64,000 nt of DNA from an uncultured Candidatus Entotheonella sp. (GCA_965217185.1 OZ244252.1:2848001-2912000); one strand, 5' to 3'. Counted from the stretch's first letter, positions 23,281-33,666 are shown. Made by a program: numbers and translations. The notes: generated from the letters alone by a model not told the origin.

Positions 23281-24996
23281 CTACATCTTGTTATAACCGC
23301 GTGGCTCGGCACGTCCAGAAACCTCGACGATAGCGTCCAGTTTCTCGACGACCTCGGTGTCAACGTCCGTGTTGTCGACGAAGGCCACCAATCGATGATA
23401 GCCCGACTTTCTGATCAACGCCGAAGCCTCTGACTGCTCGTAGAATCTCCTGAACACCTGATCCAGAAAGGCGCTTGCCTTGCCGTCAGGCCCCCAAGGC
23501 GTCGGCTCGCCCAAAACCTCAAGCGCACCCTCTATCTCGGCGATAGCGTTTTCCATGGGTTGCCGCGAAGCGAAACGGTCCAACGGGCCGCCGAGACGTC
23601 GCGCGCCCTCCGATTCCGCAAACGCGAGCAATGCCTCCCGGCGACAGAGGTAATTCTCAATCTCGCAACGGCGCCAGCACAGATGCGACAGGTTCGCATC
23701 GCCATCCGGCGGCGTGTCGAGACGATCGTAGATGGCGATGCCGACCAGATCACCCTTGCCTTCCCGGACGCCGTAGAAATGGTCACGTGCTTTGACGGGC
23801 TGGTTGGCGACGTAATGAACGAACGGCGCAGCCAATACATGCTGTGCGGGATGATCCATGCGCTTTGCGAAGGCCTGTAGGATCGCCAAGTCGGTGGAGC
23901 CTTCCAAATAAAGGACCCAGCCTTGCATCTCGGCTTGCATGTAGTGCTCGAAGCCGATGTCCTTGAGCGCCTTGGCAAGCTGGCTGCCCCGGTCATCGAT
24001 TCGATGCGGTTGTCCGACGAACGCGATTAACACGTCGCGTCGCGCAGCTTCATTGAGCACCACCTCAGAATGGCTCGCTGCAATAATCTGGCCTTGCGTC
24101 TCTTCAGCCACCTCAGTCAGAACGTGATAAGTCTGCCGCTGACGGAGGATCTCCAGATGCGCGTCCGGCTCGTCAAGCAATAGCACAGAACCGGGGTTTG
24201 CCGTCATGTGCGCCAGCAACAACAAAGTCTGCTGTTCGCCCCGCCCGCTTGCCGACAGATCAAGGCGCACGTTATCCCGGTTGCGATAGGTGAGGGTGAT
24301 CTCGCCGCGCTCCGGGATGTATTTCGGTTCGTCGAGCTGACTGCCGAACAGGGAGGCGATGCGCTTAACGAGTTGCTGCCACTTGGCGCCGCCGTCTTTG
24401 GCGTCGTATATGTGGTAGCACAGGTTGCGCAGTACCTCGGCCGTACGTCCTTCGCCAAGGCGCACGTCAATCGCGCCGGGGTCCAATCGCGTCTCGTTGG
24501 CGGCGAGCCCTGACATCGGCGGCAGGTAGGCAACTCTTACTTCGCCAGCCGGCTTGGGCACCGGCAAACGCTCGCCGCCTTCTCCCTGCAAAGGGCGGCA
24601 GTAGAACGACTCCGAATTGGCATAGTCAAACTCCATGCCGCAGGTCCAGTCAACGCCATTCACAACGACGTCGATCAGAACATTTTCAGTGCGTGTCTTG
24701 TTGTTTTCGCGTCTGCTGCTGCGCGTGTGCAGGCCGCGCCACAGCAAGTTGGCGGTAGGTACTGGCAGAGCAATCAAGTCGCGCCGATTGATGGTTACGC
24801 CGGGCCGCTTCAGCGGTCCCTCCCCAGGGCCCCTTTTTTCGAGCCAACGTTTGACGCCGATCTCCCACAGCGCCAAGGCCTGCAGCGCCGTCGTCTTGCC
24901 GGCATTATTCGGGCCGATCAGCACAACAACAGGACCGAGGTCAAGGTCCACTTGCTCGAAGAGTTTGAAATTCCTGACGATTAGTCGAGTTAGCAT
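23281..24996 (-). CDS. ABC-type ATPase (AAA_15/AAA_21-like) with C-terminal TOPRIM-like region
   Basis: VRNFK, GPNNAGKT, SGRGEQQ, LLLDEPDAHL, ASHS; C-terminal YLEGSTD...IYDRLD, EIENYL. Confidence 0.8.
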   Translation of the reverse strand: MLTRLIVRNFKLFEQVDLDLGPVVVLIGPNNAGKTTALQALALWEIGVKRWLEKRGPGEGPLKRPGVTINRRDLIALPVPTANLLWRGLHTRSSRRENNKTRTENVLIDVVVNGVDWTCGMEFDYANSESFYCRPLQGEGGERLPVPKPAGEVRVAYLPPMSGLAANETRLDPGAIDVRLGEGRTAEVLRNLCYHIYDAKDGGAKWQQLVKRIASLFGSQLDEPKYIPERGEITLTYRNRDNVRLDLSASGRGEQQTLLLLAHMTANPGSVLLLDEPDAHLEILRQRQTYHVLTEVAEETQGQIIAASHSEVVLNEAARRDVLIAFVGQPHRIDDRGSQLAKALKDIGFEHYMQAEMQGWVLYLEGSTDLAILQAFAKRMDHPAQHVLAAPFVHYVANQPVKARDHFYGVREGKGDLVGIAIYDRLDTPPDGDANLSHLCWRRCEIENYLCRREALLAFAESEGARRLGGPLDRFASRQPMENAIAEIEGALEVLGEPTPWGPDGKASAFLDQVFRRFYEQSEASALIRKSGYHRLVAFVDNTDVDTEVVEKLDAIVEVSGRAEPRGYNKM

Positions 24997-25088
24997 GACG
25001 TGTGAAGCCCTCCGGCATGCGCCACTCTCAAGGTGGGAACAGATAGCCCGTGCGGGTAACAGGCTCACCGCTTTCGGTACCGACGGCG

Positions 25089-26732
25089 TCAGTCAAAGCG
25101 CGAGCGGCGGACCTCGAAGTTGGTATGGATGTCCAGCAGCACCGTACGGCCCTCGGCGTTGAGTTGCTGCGCCTTTTGCAGGGCGCCGGCCACTTCGTCG
25201 GGCTGCGTGACGGTAATGCCGGTGGCCCCCATACCCTCGGCGATCTTGGCGTAATCGCCCGTCATGGAGGTGACGTTGAATACCTCACGCGCCGTTTGGT
25301 AGCCGGTGGGGTAGGTCGCCATGTCGCCGTTGTTCAGCACGATGCTGGTGATGGGAGCGCCTGCCCGCACGGACGTTTCGATATCCAGGCCGGACATGCC
25401 GAAAGCGCCGTCACCCATGAAGTTGAGGCAGAACTTGTCGGGCTTGGCGAGCTTCGCGCCGATCATCAGCGGGATGCCGTAGCCGAGGTGGGTGGTCTTG
25501 CCCCAGCCGACGTAGCTGTGCGGCACGGTGGCCGTGTAGAACGGCATGATGGTGTCGCGCGGCGTGCCGGCGTCGTGAGTGACGATACTGTTGTCTTTAT
25601 CCAGGTTGCGTTCCAGTTCGCCAATGATGCGGTAGGCGGTCACCGGCACCTCGTCGGAGCGCAGGATGTCGGTCCACTCGGACATCCATTGCTGCTTCAC
25701 CTCGGCGATCTCGGCAGCGACTTGGGTCTGCCCCTTGCGGCCGTTCTCCCCAAGTTGCCCCTTCACCTCGTCGATGAGCATGCGGATGGCGAGGCGGGCA
25801 TCGCCGGGCAGGCCGACGGCAGCGGAAAAGTCCTTGTTGATGTCCTCGATGCTTTCGGTGTTGTGGAGGATCGTCTTGCCGTCCGGGATGGGCTGGCCGT
25901 AGGTGGTGCGGGTCATGCTGGAGCCGAGGGCAAGCAGCACGTCGGATTCCTGAATCCAGCGCCGCGCGTGCAGGCCGGTGGCGCCGCTGCCGGAGCCCAG
26001 AGCCAGCGGGTGGCGCTCGTCGAAGCCGGACTTGCCGGGCATGGTGCAGTAGACCGGCACTTCCGTCAGCTCGGCCAATTCCCGCAACTCCTCAGTGCCT
26101 TCCGCCATCAACGTGCCCATGCCGGACCAGATGAGCGGCTTGCGGGCGCCCAATAACAGCTTGACGGCGTCCTTCACGTCGCCCGCCGACGGCGCCTGCA
26201 GGTGGCGCTTGGGCGGCTGGTAATTTTGCACCACGGCGTCGGGCACCTCGCCGGTGCCGACATCACCGGGGATCTCGACGATCACCGGACCCGACCGCCC
26301 GTTGCGCAGGTGGTGAAAAGCGCGCCGCATGACGCTGCCCACCATGTCCGGCTTCCAGAGCACCTCACCGTATTTGCATACCGACTGATACGTCCGCACC
26401 GGGGAAAAATTGGGCCGAATATCGTGCTGGTTCACCGCCGGGCCGCCGGGCAGGTAGAGGATGGGCACGTTGTCGCCGAACGCCTGGGCCAAGCCGCCCA
26501 TGGAGTTCTCGGAGCCGGGGCCGCCCTGGGTGATGACCACGCCGAACTTGTTGCGGTCGTGCATGCGGCTGTATCCGTCGGCGGCCATCAAGGCGCCACG
26601 CTCCTGCCGAAACATGATGGTGCGGATGCCTTCCTTGGCCACTTCTTCGATGAGATTGTTGGACGGGAAGCATGCTATCCACTCGACACCCTCTACTTTC
26701 AGAAGTCGCGCAACGGCCTGCAGTGTATTCAT
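25089..26732 (-). CDS. Thiamine-pyrophosphate-dependent enzyme (acetolactate synthase-like)
   Basis: RQER..MADGYSR, GPGSEN, TPP motif GDGAFGM...LNN. Confidence 0.9.
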   Translation of the reverse strand: MNTLQAVARLLKVEGVEWIACFPSNNLIEEVAKEGIRTIMFRQERGALMAADGYSRMHDRNKFGVVITQGGPGSENSMGGLAQAFGDNVPILYLPGGPAVNQHDIRPNFSPVRTYQSVCKYGEVLWKPDMVGSVMRRAFHHLRNGRSGPVIVEIPGDVGTGEVPDAVVQNYQPPKRHLQAPSAGDVKDAVKLLLGARKPLIWSGMGTLMAEGTEELRELAELTEVPVYCTMPGKSGFDERHPLALGSGSGATGLHARRWIQESDVLLALGSSMTRTTYGQPIPDGKTILHNTESIEDINKDFSAAVGLPGDARLAIRMLIDEVKGQLGENGRKGQTQVAAEIAEVKQQWMSEWTDILRSDEVPVTAYRIIGELERNLDKDNSIVTHDAGTPRDTIMPFYTATVPHSYVGWGKTTHLGYGIPLMIGAKLAKPDKFCLNFMGDGAFGMSGLDIETSVRAGAPITSIVLNNGDMATYPTGYQTAREVFNVTSMTGDYAKIAEGMGATGITVTQPDEVAGALQKAQQLNAEGRTVLLDIHTNFEVRRSRFD

Positions 26733-26856
26733 CCTGTTTCCTCCCGGATTTGTGCGGTGTGACGTGGCGAAAGGGGTAGGATACTCCATCACCTACGGTG
26801 GGGGCAACGGGCACGCCGGGAGGTCGCAAATCGCCCATACGCAGGCGGGGATTGTC

Positions 26857-26865
26857 TGGTATAAT
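26857..26865 (+). promoter_or_regulatory. Extended -10 element upstream of DUF1800
   Basis: TGGTATAAT ~55 nt before the ATG at 26921. Confidence 0.5.
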
Positions 26866-26920
26866 CCGCGCCTCACGCCAAAGAGACGATTTTGGGACCC
26901 CTTTCGAGAAGGAAGCTGGC

Positions 26921-28372
26921 ATGCCCACCGTGCATTCAAAGCAAGACGTCGCGCTGATGGCGCACCTGCTCAGGCGAGCCGGGTTCGGCGCCACCTTGCA
27001 GGAACTCGACCACTGTCTCGACCAAGGCTACGAGGCCACCGTCGAGGCGCTTCTGAGCCCGCAGCCGGACGCCGTGCCGGAAGACCTGATTCGCCGCTAC
27101 CACGTCGATCAATCCGACCTGCGCAACCACGCCGCCGGCGCCGCCTACTGGATTTACCGCATGGTGCAAACGCAGGCGCCGCTGCGCGAGAAGATGTCCC
27201 TGTTCTGGCATCGCGTCTTTGCCACCGCCGCCACCAAGCTCATCCAGGCGCGCATGGTGGCGAACCAGCTCGACATATTCCGCGACCACGGCATGGGCAG
27301 CTTTCAGGACTTGCTGCTGCGGCTGTCGCGCGACCCCGCCATGATGATGTGGCTGGACAACCAGGACAACCACAAAGGTTCGATCAACGAGAACTACGGG
27401 CGGGAAATTCTGGAACTGTTCTCGATGGGCGTGGGCAATTATACCGAGGACGACATCAAGGAATGCGCCCGCGCCTTCACCGGCTGGCGGGTGGTCAACC
27501 CCGATTACATGTCCATTCGAATGCGCAACAACACCGCGCGGCCCTACGGCTACATCGCCTGGCAATTCGAGTATGACGACACCGACCACGACCACGACGA
27601 CAAAGCATTCCTCGGCGAGACAGGGGACCTGAACGGCGAGGACGTGGTCGCCATCATCTGCCGGCAGGAAGCGACGCCGCGCTTCATCGCCCGCCATTTG
27701 TACCACTTCTTCGTTGCCGACGAGGTGCCCGTGCCGCAGTGGCCGCACACCGCGCCGCGCGATCCGCAGGCCATCGACCTGATGTGCCGGGCCTATTTCG
27801 ACTCCGATTACGACGTAGCCGCCATGCTGCGGGCCCTGTTCAACGCCGACTTCTTCAAGTCGGCAGCGGCGCGCTTCGCCCGTATCAAGAGCCCGGTCGA
27901 GATGGTAGTCGGCACCCTGCGCCTGGTCGGCGGCCTGGAATTGCCGTCGACCGACACGTACGCCGCCGTCGGGGTGTGCGCCGCCATGGGGCAGTTTCCG
28001 ATGAACCCGCCCAGCGTCGAGGGCTGGCAGGGCGGCAGCGAGTGGATCAACACCGGTGCCTACGTGCAGCGGGTCAATTTCGCCAGCCGGGTGCTCAGCG
28101 ATGCGAACAAGCCGGGCATTCAGGCCATCATCGGACGCATCCGCGACCTCGCCAACGGCCGCGGCCTGTCCGCCGAGGAACTGGTCGACGCCTGCCTGCA
28201 TATCGTTGGACCACTGGAGGTGCCGGATAGCACCCGCGACGGGCTCATCGAGTATGCCCGCTCCTGGGGCGACGTGAGTTTTGCCGACGCGGCGTCAACC
28301 GCCCAGGCGGAGCGCACGATCGTGGCGCTGTTGCAGTTGGTCGTCACCACGCAGGAATACCAGATGGTGTAA
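26921..28372 (+). CDS. DUF1800 family protein
   Basis: HLLRRAGFG, LREKMSLFWH, DPAMMMWLDN, NENYGREILELFSMG, PPSVEGW. Confidence 0.9.
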   Translation: MPTVHSKQDVALMAHLLRRAGFGATLQELDHCLDQGYEATVEALLSPQPDAVPEDLIRRYHVDQSDLRNHAAGAAYWIYRMVQTQAPLREKMSLFWHRVFATAATKLIQARMVANQLDIFRDHGMGSFQDLLLRLSRDPAMMMWLDNQDNHKGSINENYGREILELFSMGVGNYTEDDIKECARAFTGWRVVNPDYMSIRMRNNTARPYGYIAWQFEYDDTDHDHDDKAFLGETGDLNGEDVVAIICRQEATPRFIARHLYHFFVADEVPVPQWPHTAPRDPQAIDLMCRAYFDSDYDVAAMLRALFNADFFKSAAARFARIKSPVEMVVGTLRLVGGLELPSTDTYAAVGVCAAMGQFPMNPPSVEGWQGGSEWINTGAYVQRVNFASRVLSDANKPGIQAIIGRIRDLANGRGLSAEELVDACLHIVGPLEVPDSTRDGLIEYARSWGDVSFADAASTAQAERTIVALLQLVVTTQEYQMV

Positions 28373-28387
28373 GGGAGCATTCAGGGC

Positions 28388-29395
28388 ATGACAACCGCAA
28401 CGTTTCAACTGCAATATGGCGACGCCATCGGCTTCGTTGCCGATCAGGGCGGGCGTGGCTTTCACCTGCCGATGTCGATGGTTATCCGTGGCGACGGCCG
28501 CATCTTCGTGGTCAGCCGCAGCAACACCCAGGCGCTGGACATCGTCGGCATTCAGATGGTCACCCGGGGGCACGAATTCTTCGGGCAGATCGGTGGCTAC
28601 GGCCAGGAGCCGGGCAACATGATCTGGCCGACCGCCCTGGCGCTGGACCGCGGCGACAATCTGTATCTCGCCGACGATTACTTGCAACGGGTCACGGTTT
28701 ACGACCGCGACGGCGCCGTGCAGAGCACCTGGGGCACCAAGGGCAGCGCTGCTGGTGAGTTCGACGGGCCGTCCGGCCTGTTGTTCGATGCCGATGACAA
28801 CCTGCTGATGGTGGATCACCGCAACCACCGCATCCAGAAATTCACCCGCGACGGGAAGAGCCTCGGCACCTGGGGCGCCTACGGTGACGGCGACGGCCAG
28901 TTCAACCTGCCGTGGGGCATCACGCAGGACCGCGAGGGCTTCCTGTACGTAGCCGATTGGCGCAACGACCGCATCCAGAAGTTCACGCCGGACGGCGAGT
29001 TCGTGGCCAAATTCGGTGCCTCGGGCGATGGCGACGGGCAGTTCAACCGGCCCTCCGGCCTGGCGGTGGATGCCGACGGCAATCTCTACGTCGCCGATTG
29101 GGGCAACCAGCGCGTGCAGGTGCTCGATGCCGCCGGCAATTTCCTGCTGCAACTCAGGGGCGAGGCCAAGCTGTCGCCGTGGGCGCAGGAATACATCGCG
29201 GCCAACGCCGACGAATTCGCGGCGCGCGCCACGTACGTGCCGGTGTTCGACGTCGATACCAACGATGCCAACGAGGTGTCGGCCCGTATCGAGCCGTACT
29301 TTTGGGACCCGGTCGACGTCGTGCTGGACGACGACGAGCGCGTTTACGTCCTGGAGACCAGCCGGCATCGCTTCCAGGTCTACGAAAAGGTGTGA
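28388..29395 (+). CDS. NHL-repeat beta-propeller protein
   Basis: Repeated GQFNxPxGxxxDxxGxLYVADWxNxRIQKF units. Confidence 0.92.
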   Translation: MTTATFQLQYGDAIGFVADQGGRGFHLPMSMVIRGDGRIFVVSRSNTQALDIVGIQMVTRGHEFFGQIGGYGQEPGNMIWPTALALDRGDNLYLADDYLQRVTVYDRDGAVQSTWGTKGSAAGEFDGPSGLLFDADDNLLMVDHRNHRIQKFTRDGKSLGTWGAYGDGDGQFNLPWGITQDREGFLYVADWRNDRIQKFTPDGEFVAKFGASGDGDGQFNRPSGLAVDADGNLYVADWGNQRVQVLDAAGNFLLQLRGEAKLSPWAQEYIAANADEFAARATYVPVFDVDTNDANEVSARIEPYFWDPVDVVLDDDERVYVLETSRHRFQVYEKV

Positions 29396-29468
29396 AGCAG
29401 CAACATGCGATCACGGAGCACCGGCCTTAACGGGCCGGTGAGGATTGAAACGATCAAGAAGGAAGGCC

Positions 29469-30605
29469 ATGATGGGTGACGCAAAGAACCGCAAGCTGGT
29501 GGTGGTGCAACTCTCCGGCGGCAATGATTACCTCAACTGCGTGGTGCCGTACAACAACCCGCGCTACATCGACAACCGGCCGAACGTCCGACTGTCGGAA
29601 GACCAGATCATCCCGTTCGACAACGGCTACGGCCTCAACCCCTCCATGCAGCCCGTCAAGGATCTGTACGACGAAGGCAAGGTGGCCATCCTCCACGGCG
29701 TCGGCTACCCGCAGCCCCATCGGTCGCACTTCCGCTCCATGGATATCTGGCACACCGCCGAGCCGACCAAGGTCGGCGACAAGGGCTGGCTGGGGCAGGC
29801 GATCCGCGACATAACGCCCGACGGCGACAACGTGGTCATCGCCGTGAACTTCGCCGCCGCGCTGCCGCGGGCGCTGGTGACCCTGGGCGCGCCGGTGGCC
29901 TCGGTAACCGATCTGGATAGCTACGGGCTGCTCAATCACATCGACGCGGCACCGCAGCGCTCACAGGCGCTGGACGCCTTCCGCGACATGTACAGCCGGG
30001 CGCTCGGCAACGGGCCGGTGATGGATTACCTGAGCAAGACCGGCCTGGACGCGCTGCGCGGCGCCGACATCCTCAGCTCCGTACCGCAGAATTACGCTTC
30101 GACGGTTGAATACGGCAGCAACCCCTTCGCCAAGAGCGCCAAGAGCGCCGCGCAGGTGCTGCTGGCCGACGTCGGCACGCGCATTTGCTACACCCAGCAC
30201 GGCAGCTTCGACACGCATACCAACGAGGTGGCGTTGCAAGCCAAGCTGTGGAACGACGTAGCGGGCGGCATTCGCGATTTGTACACCGACTTGAAAACGC
30301 ATGACGCCAGCGACGACGTGCTGATCTTCGTGTTCTCGGAGTTCGGCCGCCGGGTGAAAGACAACGGCAACGGCACCGATCACGGCTCCGGCGGCGTGGC
30401 GTTCCTCATCGGCGACCGCGTCAAGGGTGGGCACTACAGCGAGTATCCTTCCCTCGACGACGACAAACTGGTCGAAGGCGACCTGGCCTTCAACCTCGAT
30501 TTCCGCTCCGTGTACACGGAAATTCTGGAGGACTGGATGGCGGTCGAGGCCAAGCCGATCGTCAACGGCACGTATGAAAAGCTCGGCTGTCTGAACCTCA
30601 ACTAG
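29469..30605 (+). CDS. DUF1501 family protein
   Basis: LVVVQLSGGND, RSHFRSMDIW, FDTH, SEFGRR...NGTDHG, DFRSVY. Confidence 0.9.
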   Translation: MMGDAKNRKLVVVQLSGGNDYLNCVVPYNNPRYIDNRPNVRLSEDQIIPFDNGYGLNPSMQPVKDLYDEGKVAILHGVGYPQPHRSHFRSMDIWHTAEPTKVGDKGWLGQAIRDITPDGDNVVIAVNFAAALPRALVTLGAPVASVTDLDSYGLLNHIDAAPQRSQALDAFRDMYSRALGNGPVMDYLSKTGLDALRGADILSSVPQNYASTVEYGSNPFAKSAKSAAQVLLADVGTRICYTQHGSFDTHTNEVALQAKLWNDVAGGIRDLYTDLKTHDASDDVLIFVFSEFGRRVKDNGNGTDHGSGGVAFLIGDRVKGGHYSEYPSLDDDKLVEGDLAFNLDFRSVYTEILEDWMAVEAKPIVNGTYEKLGCLNLN

Positions 30606-30753
30606 GGATCCTTGGGGCCGATATGCGCACTTTCTTCACGGCGCTGGCTTTCCTGGCAATTCTAATGGCCGTCATTCCGGCGGTCCGGCGATCTTTCCCG
30701 CCGCGGCGAGACGACGGCGGTTCTCACGCTTCATCGCATAAAGGAGAACAGGT

Positions 30754-33666
30754 ATGACGCAGGGGAAAGGAAGTTCGCAGATATCATCCTTCTTGGAACC
30801 GCTGTTCAATCGGGCCGTCACGTTGGCCCTCCTCGCCGTTGCCATTTTCCTGGTGATCTACGTCATCGCCGTCGAGCGGCGCCTCAGTCAGAACGCCTCC
30901 GCAAGGGACGCGAATGAGGTGCGCATGGCGGAACTGTCGGACGGATTTAGAAAAGCCGCCACCAGCGAGCAACTGGCCGGACTGGCGACCGCGACGAGCG
31001 TGACCGAGCAGGCCGACAAACTCGGCGCCCTCGAGGGGCGTCTGAACGAACAACTGGCCGTTGTGACGCAGCAAATCGAGGCCCTGAACCAGCAGGCCAC
31101 GACCTTCGCCGCCAATGATGCAACGACCCAGGCCGAGGAAGACGCCCAGAGTCAGCAGATTGCCGCCATTCAGGGGCAGATGGTTTCCCTGAGCGAGCGG
31201 GCCGACGAATTCGCCGGCGCGGACGAGGCGAGTGCGGAAGACCTGGATGCGCTGGCAGCCCAGTTGGATGCCCTGGCCACCCAGGACGACTTGGCCGCCT
31301 TGGAAGCCCAGATGGGGGCATTTACCTCCGCCGAAGACGAAGCCGCCCAAAGTGCCCAACTGGCCGACCTGGCACAGCAGATCGACGGCCTGGGCGCGGC
31401 GCTTGCCGCCAGCGATGAAGCGGCACAAGCTGAGGAAGACGCCCAGAGTCAGCAGATTGCCGCCATTCAGGAGCGACTGGTTTCCCTGAGCGAGCGGGCC
31501 GACGAATTCGCCGGCGCGGACGAGGCAAGTGCGGGAGATCTGGATGCGCTGGCAGCCCAGTTGGATGCCTTCGCCACTCAGGACGACTTGGCCGCCTTGG
31601 AAGCCCAACTGGGAGCATTTGCATCGGCTGAAGACGAAGCCGCCCAGAACGCCCAACTAGCCGATCTGGCGCAACAGATCGACGGCCTGAGCCAGCAGGC
31701 TGCAACCTTCGCCGCCAATGATGAAGCGGCACAAACTGAGGAAGATGCCCAGAGCGCCCAACTGGCCGACCTCGCGCAGCAAATCGACGACTTGGCCCAG
31801 CAGGCCGAGACCTTTACCGCCAATGATGAAGCGACACAAGCTGAAGAAGCCGCCCAGAGCGCTCAACTGGCCGACCTCGCGCAGCAGATCGACGGCCTGA
31901 GCCAGCAGGCCGCGACCTTCGCCGCCAACGACGAAGCGGCACAGGCCGAGGAAATGGCGCAGAGTCAGCGTCTCAACATCATGCAAGGACAAATCGACAC
32001 CCTGGGCCAGCAGGTCGCAGCCTTGGCCGTCAATGATGAAGCGGCACAAACTGAAGAAGCCGCCCAGAGCGCTCAACTGGCCGACTTGGCGCAGCAGATC
32101 GACGACCTGAACCAGCAGACTGCGGCGCTTGCCGATAACGACGAAACGGCACAGGCTGAGGAAACTGTCCAGAGCGCCCAGCTAGCCGGCTTGGCACTGC
32201 AAATCGCTACTCTCACCCAACAGGCCGAGACCCTTGTCGCCAACGACCAAGCGGCGCAAGCCGAGGAAGACACCCAGAGCGCTCAACTAGCTGACTTGGC
32301 ACAGCAAATCGACGACCTGGCCCAGCAGGCCGCAGCCTTCGCCGCCAATGATGAAGCGACGCAGACCGAGGAAATGGCACAGGGCCAGCGTCTCAACGTC
32401 ATGCAAGGACAAATCGACACCCTGGGCCAACAGACAGCAACCTTGGCTACCAATGACGAAACGGCACAGGCTGAGGAGGACACCCAGAGCACTCAACTAG
32501 CTGACCTGGCGCAGCAAATCGACGATCTGAGCCAACAGGCTGCAGCCTTCGCCGCCAATGATGAAGCGGCGCAAGCTGAGGAAATGGCACAGGGCGAGCG
32601 TCTCAACGTCATGCAGGGACAAATCGACACCCTGGGCCAACAGACAGCAACCTTGGCTACCAATGACGAAACGACACAGGCTGAGGAAGCCGCCCAGAGC
32701 GCTCAACTGGCCGACCTGGCACAGCAAATCGAAGCCCTGAGCCAGCAGGCCGCGACCCTTGTCGCCAACGATGAAGCGGTGCAGGCCGAGGAAATGGCAC
32801 AGGGCCAGCGTCTCAACGTCATGCAGGGACAAATCGACACCCTGGGCCAGCAGGCCGCAGCCTTGGCTGCCAATGATGAAACGACACAGGCTGAGGAAGC
32901 CGCCCAGAGCGCTCAACTGGCCGACTTGGCCCAGCAAATCGACGACCTGAGCCAGCAGGCCGTAGCCTTGGCTTCCAATGACGAAACAGCACAAGCCGAG
33001 GAAGCCACCCAGAGCGCCCGATTAGCCGACTTGGCCCAGCAGATCGGGGACCTAAGCCAGCAGGCCGCGGCGCTTGCCGCCAACGATGAGGCGGCGCAGG
33101 CCGAGGAAATGGCGCAGAGTCAGCGCCTCAACGTCATGCAGGGACAAATCGACACCTTGGGCCAGCAGGCAGCGGCCTTAACCGCCAATGACGAGGCAGC
33201 CCAGGCCGAGGAAGCCGCCCAGAGCGCCCAACTTGCCGACTTGGCCCAACAGGCGGCGACCCTCGCCGACAACGATGAAGCGGCGCAGGCCGAGGAAATG
33301 GCACAGAGCCAGCGTCTCAACGTCATGCAGGGACAAATCGACACCTTGGGCCAGCAGGCAGCGGCCTTAGCCGCTAATGACGAGGCAGCCCAGGCCGAGG
33401 AAGCCGCCCAGAGCGCCCAACTTGCCGACTTGGCCCAACAGGCGGCGACCCTTGCCGCCAACGATGAAGCAGCACAGGTAGAGGAAATGGCGCAGAGCCA
33501 GCACCTCAACGTCATGCAGGGGCAAATCGACACCCTGGGCCAGCAGGCAACGGCCTTAGCCGCTAATGACGAGGCAGCCCAGGCCGAGGAAGACGCCCAG
33601 AGCGCCCAACTTGCCGACTTGACCCAGCAGGCGGCGACCCTTGCCGCCAACGATCAGCACAGGTAG
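30754..33666 (+). CDS. Membrane-anchored acidic Ala/Gln-rich tandem-repeat coiled-coil protein, probably C-terminally truncated
   Basis: AAGGAG RBS, N-terminal TM, two 99-aa repeats (297-bp period), then roughly twenty 35/28-aa repeats. Confidence 0.8.
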   Translation: MTQGKGSSQISSFLEPLFNRAVTLALLAVAIFLVIYVIAVERRLSQNASARDANEVRMAELSDGFRKAATSEQLAGLATATSVTEQADKLGALEGRLNEQLAVVTQQIEALNQQATTFAANDATTQAEEDAQSQQIAAIQGQMVSLSERADEFAGADEASAEDLDALAAQLDALATQDDLAALEAQMGAFTSAEDEAAQSAQLADLAQQIDGLGAALAASDEAAQAEEDAQSQQIAAIQERLVSLSERADEFAGADEASAGDLDALAAQLDAFATQDDLAALEAQLGAFASAEDEAAQNAQLADLAQQIDGLSQQAATFAANDEAAQTEEDAQSAQLADLAQQIDDLAQQAETFTANDEATQAEEAAQSAQLADLAQQIDGLSQQAATFAANDEAAQAEEMAQSQRLNIMQGQIDTLGQQVAALAVNDEAAQTEEAAQSAQLADLAQQIDDLNQQTAALADNDETAQAEETVQSAQLAGLALQIATLTQQAETLVANDQAAQAEEDTQSAQLADLAQQIDDLAQQAAAFAANDEATQTEEMAQGQRLNVMQGQIDTLGQQTATLATNDETAQAEEDTQSTQLADLAQQIDDLSQQAAAFAANDEAAQAEEMAQGERLNVMQGQIDTLGQQTATLATNDETTQAEEAAQSAQLADLAQQIEALSQQAATLVANDEAVQAEEMAQGQRLNVMQGQIDTLGQQAAALAANDETTQAEEAAQSAQLADLAQQIDDLSQQAVALASNDETAQAEEATQSARLADLAQQIGDLSQQAAALAANDEAAQAEEMAQSQRLNVMQGQIDTLGQQAAALTANDEAAQAEEAAQSAQLADLAQQAATLADNDEAAQAEEMAQSQRLNVMQGQIDTLGQQAAALAANDEAAQAEEAAQSAQLADLAQQAATLAANDEAAQVEEMAQSQHLNVMQGQIDTLGQQATALAANDEAAQAEEDAQSAQLADLTQQAATLAANDQHR

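Noticed and set aside
29419..29440. Hairpin CACCGGCC-ttaacg-GGCCGGTG as a terminator
   Set aside because: No U-tract and it lies inside a likely operon; at most a stabilising stem
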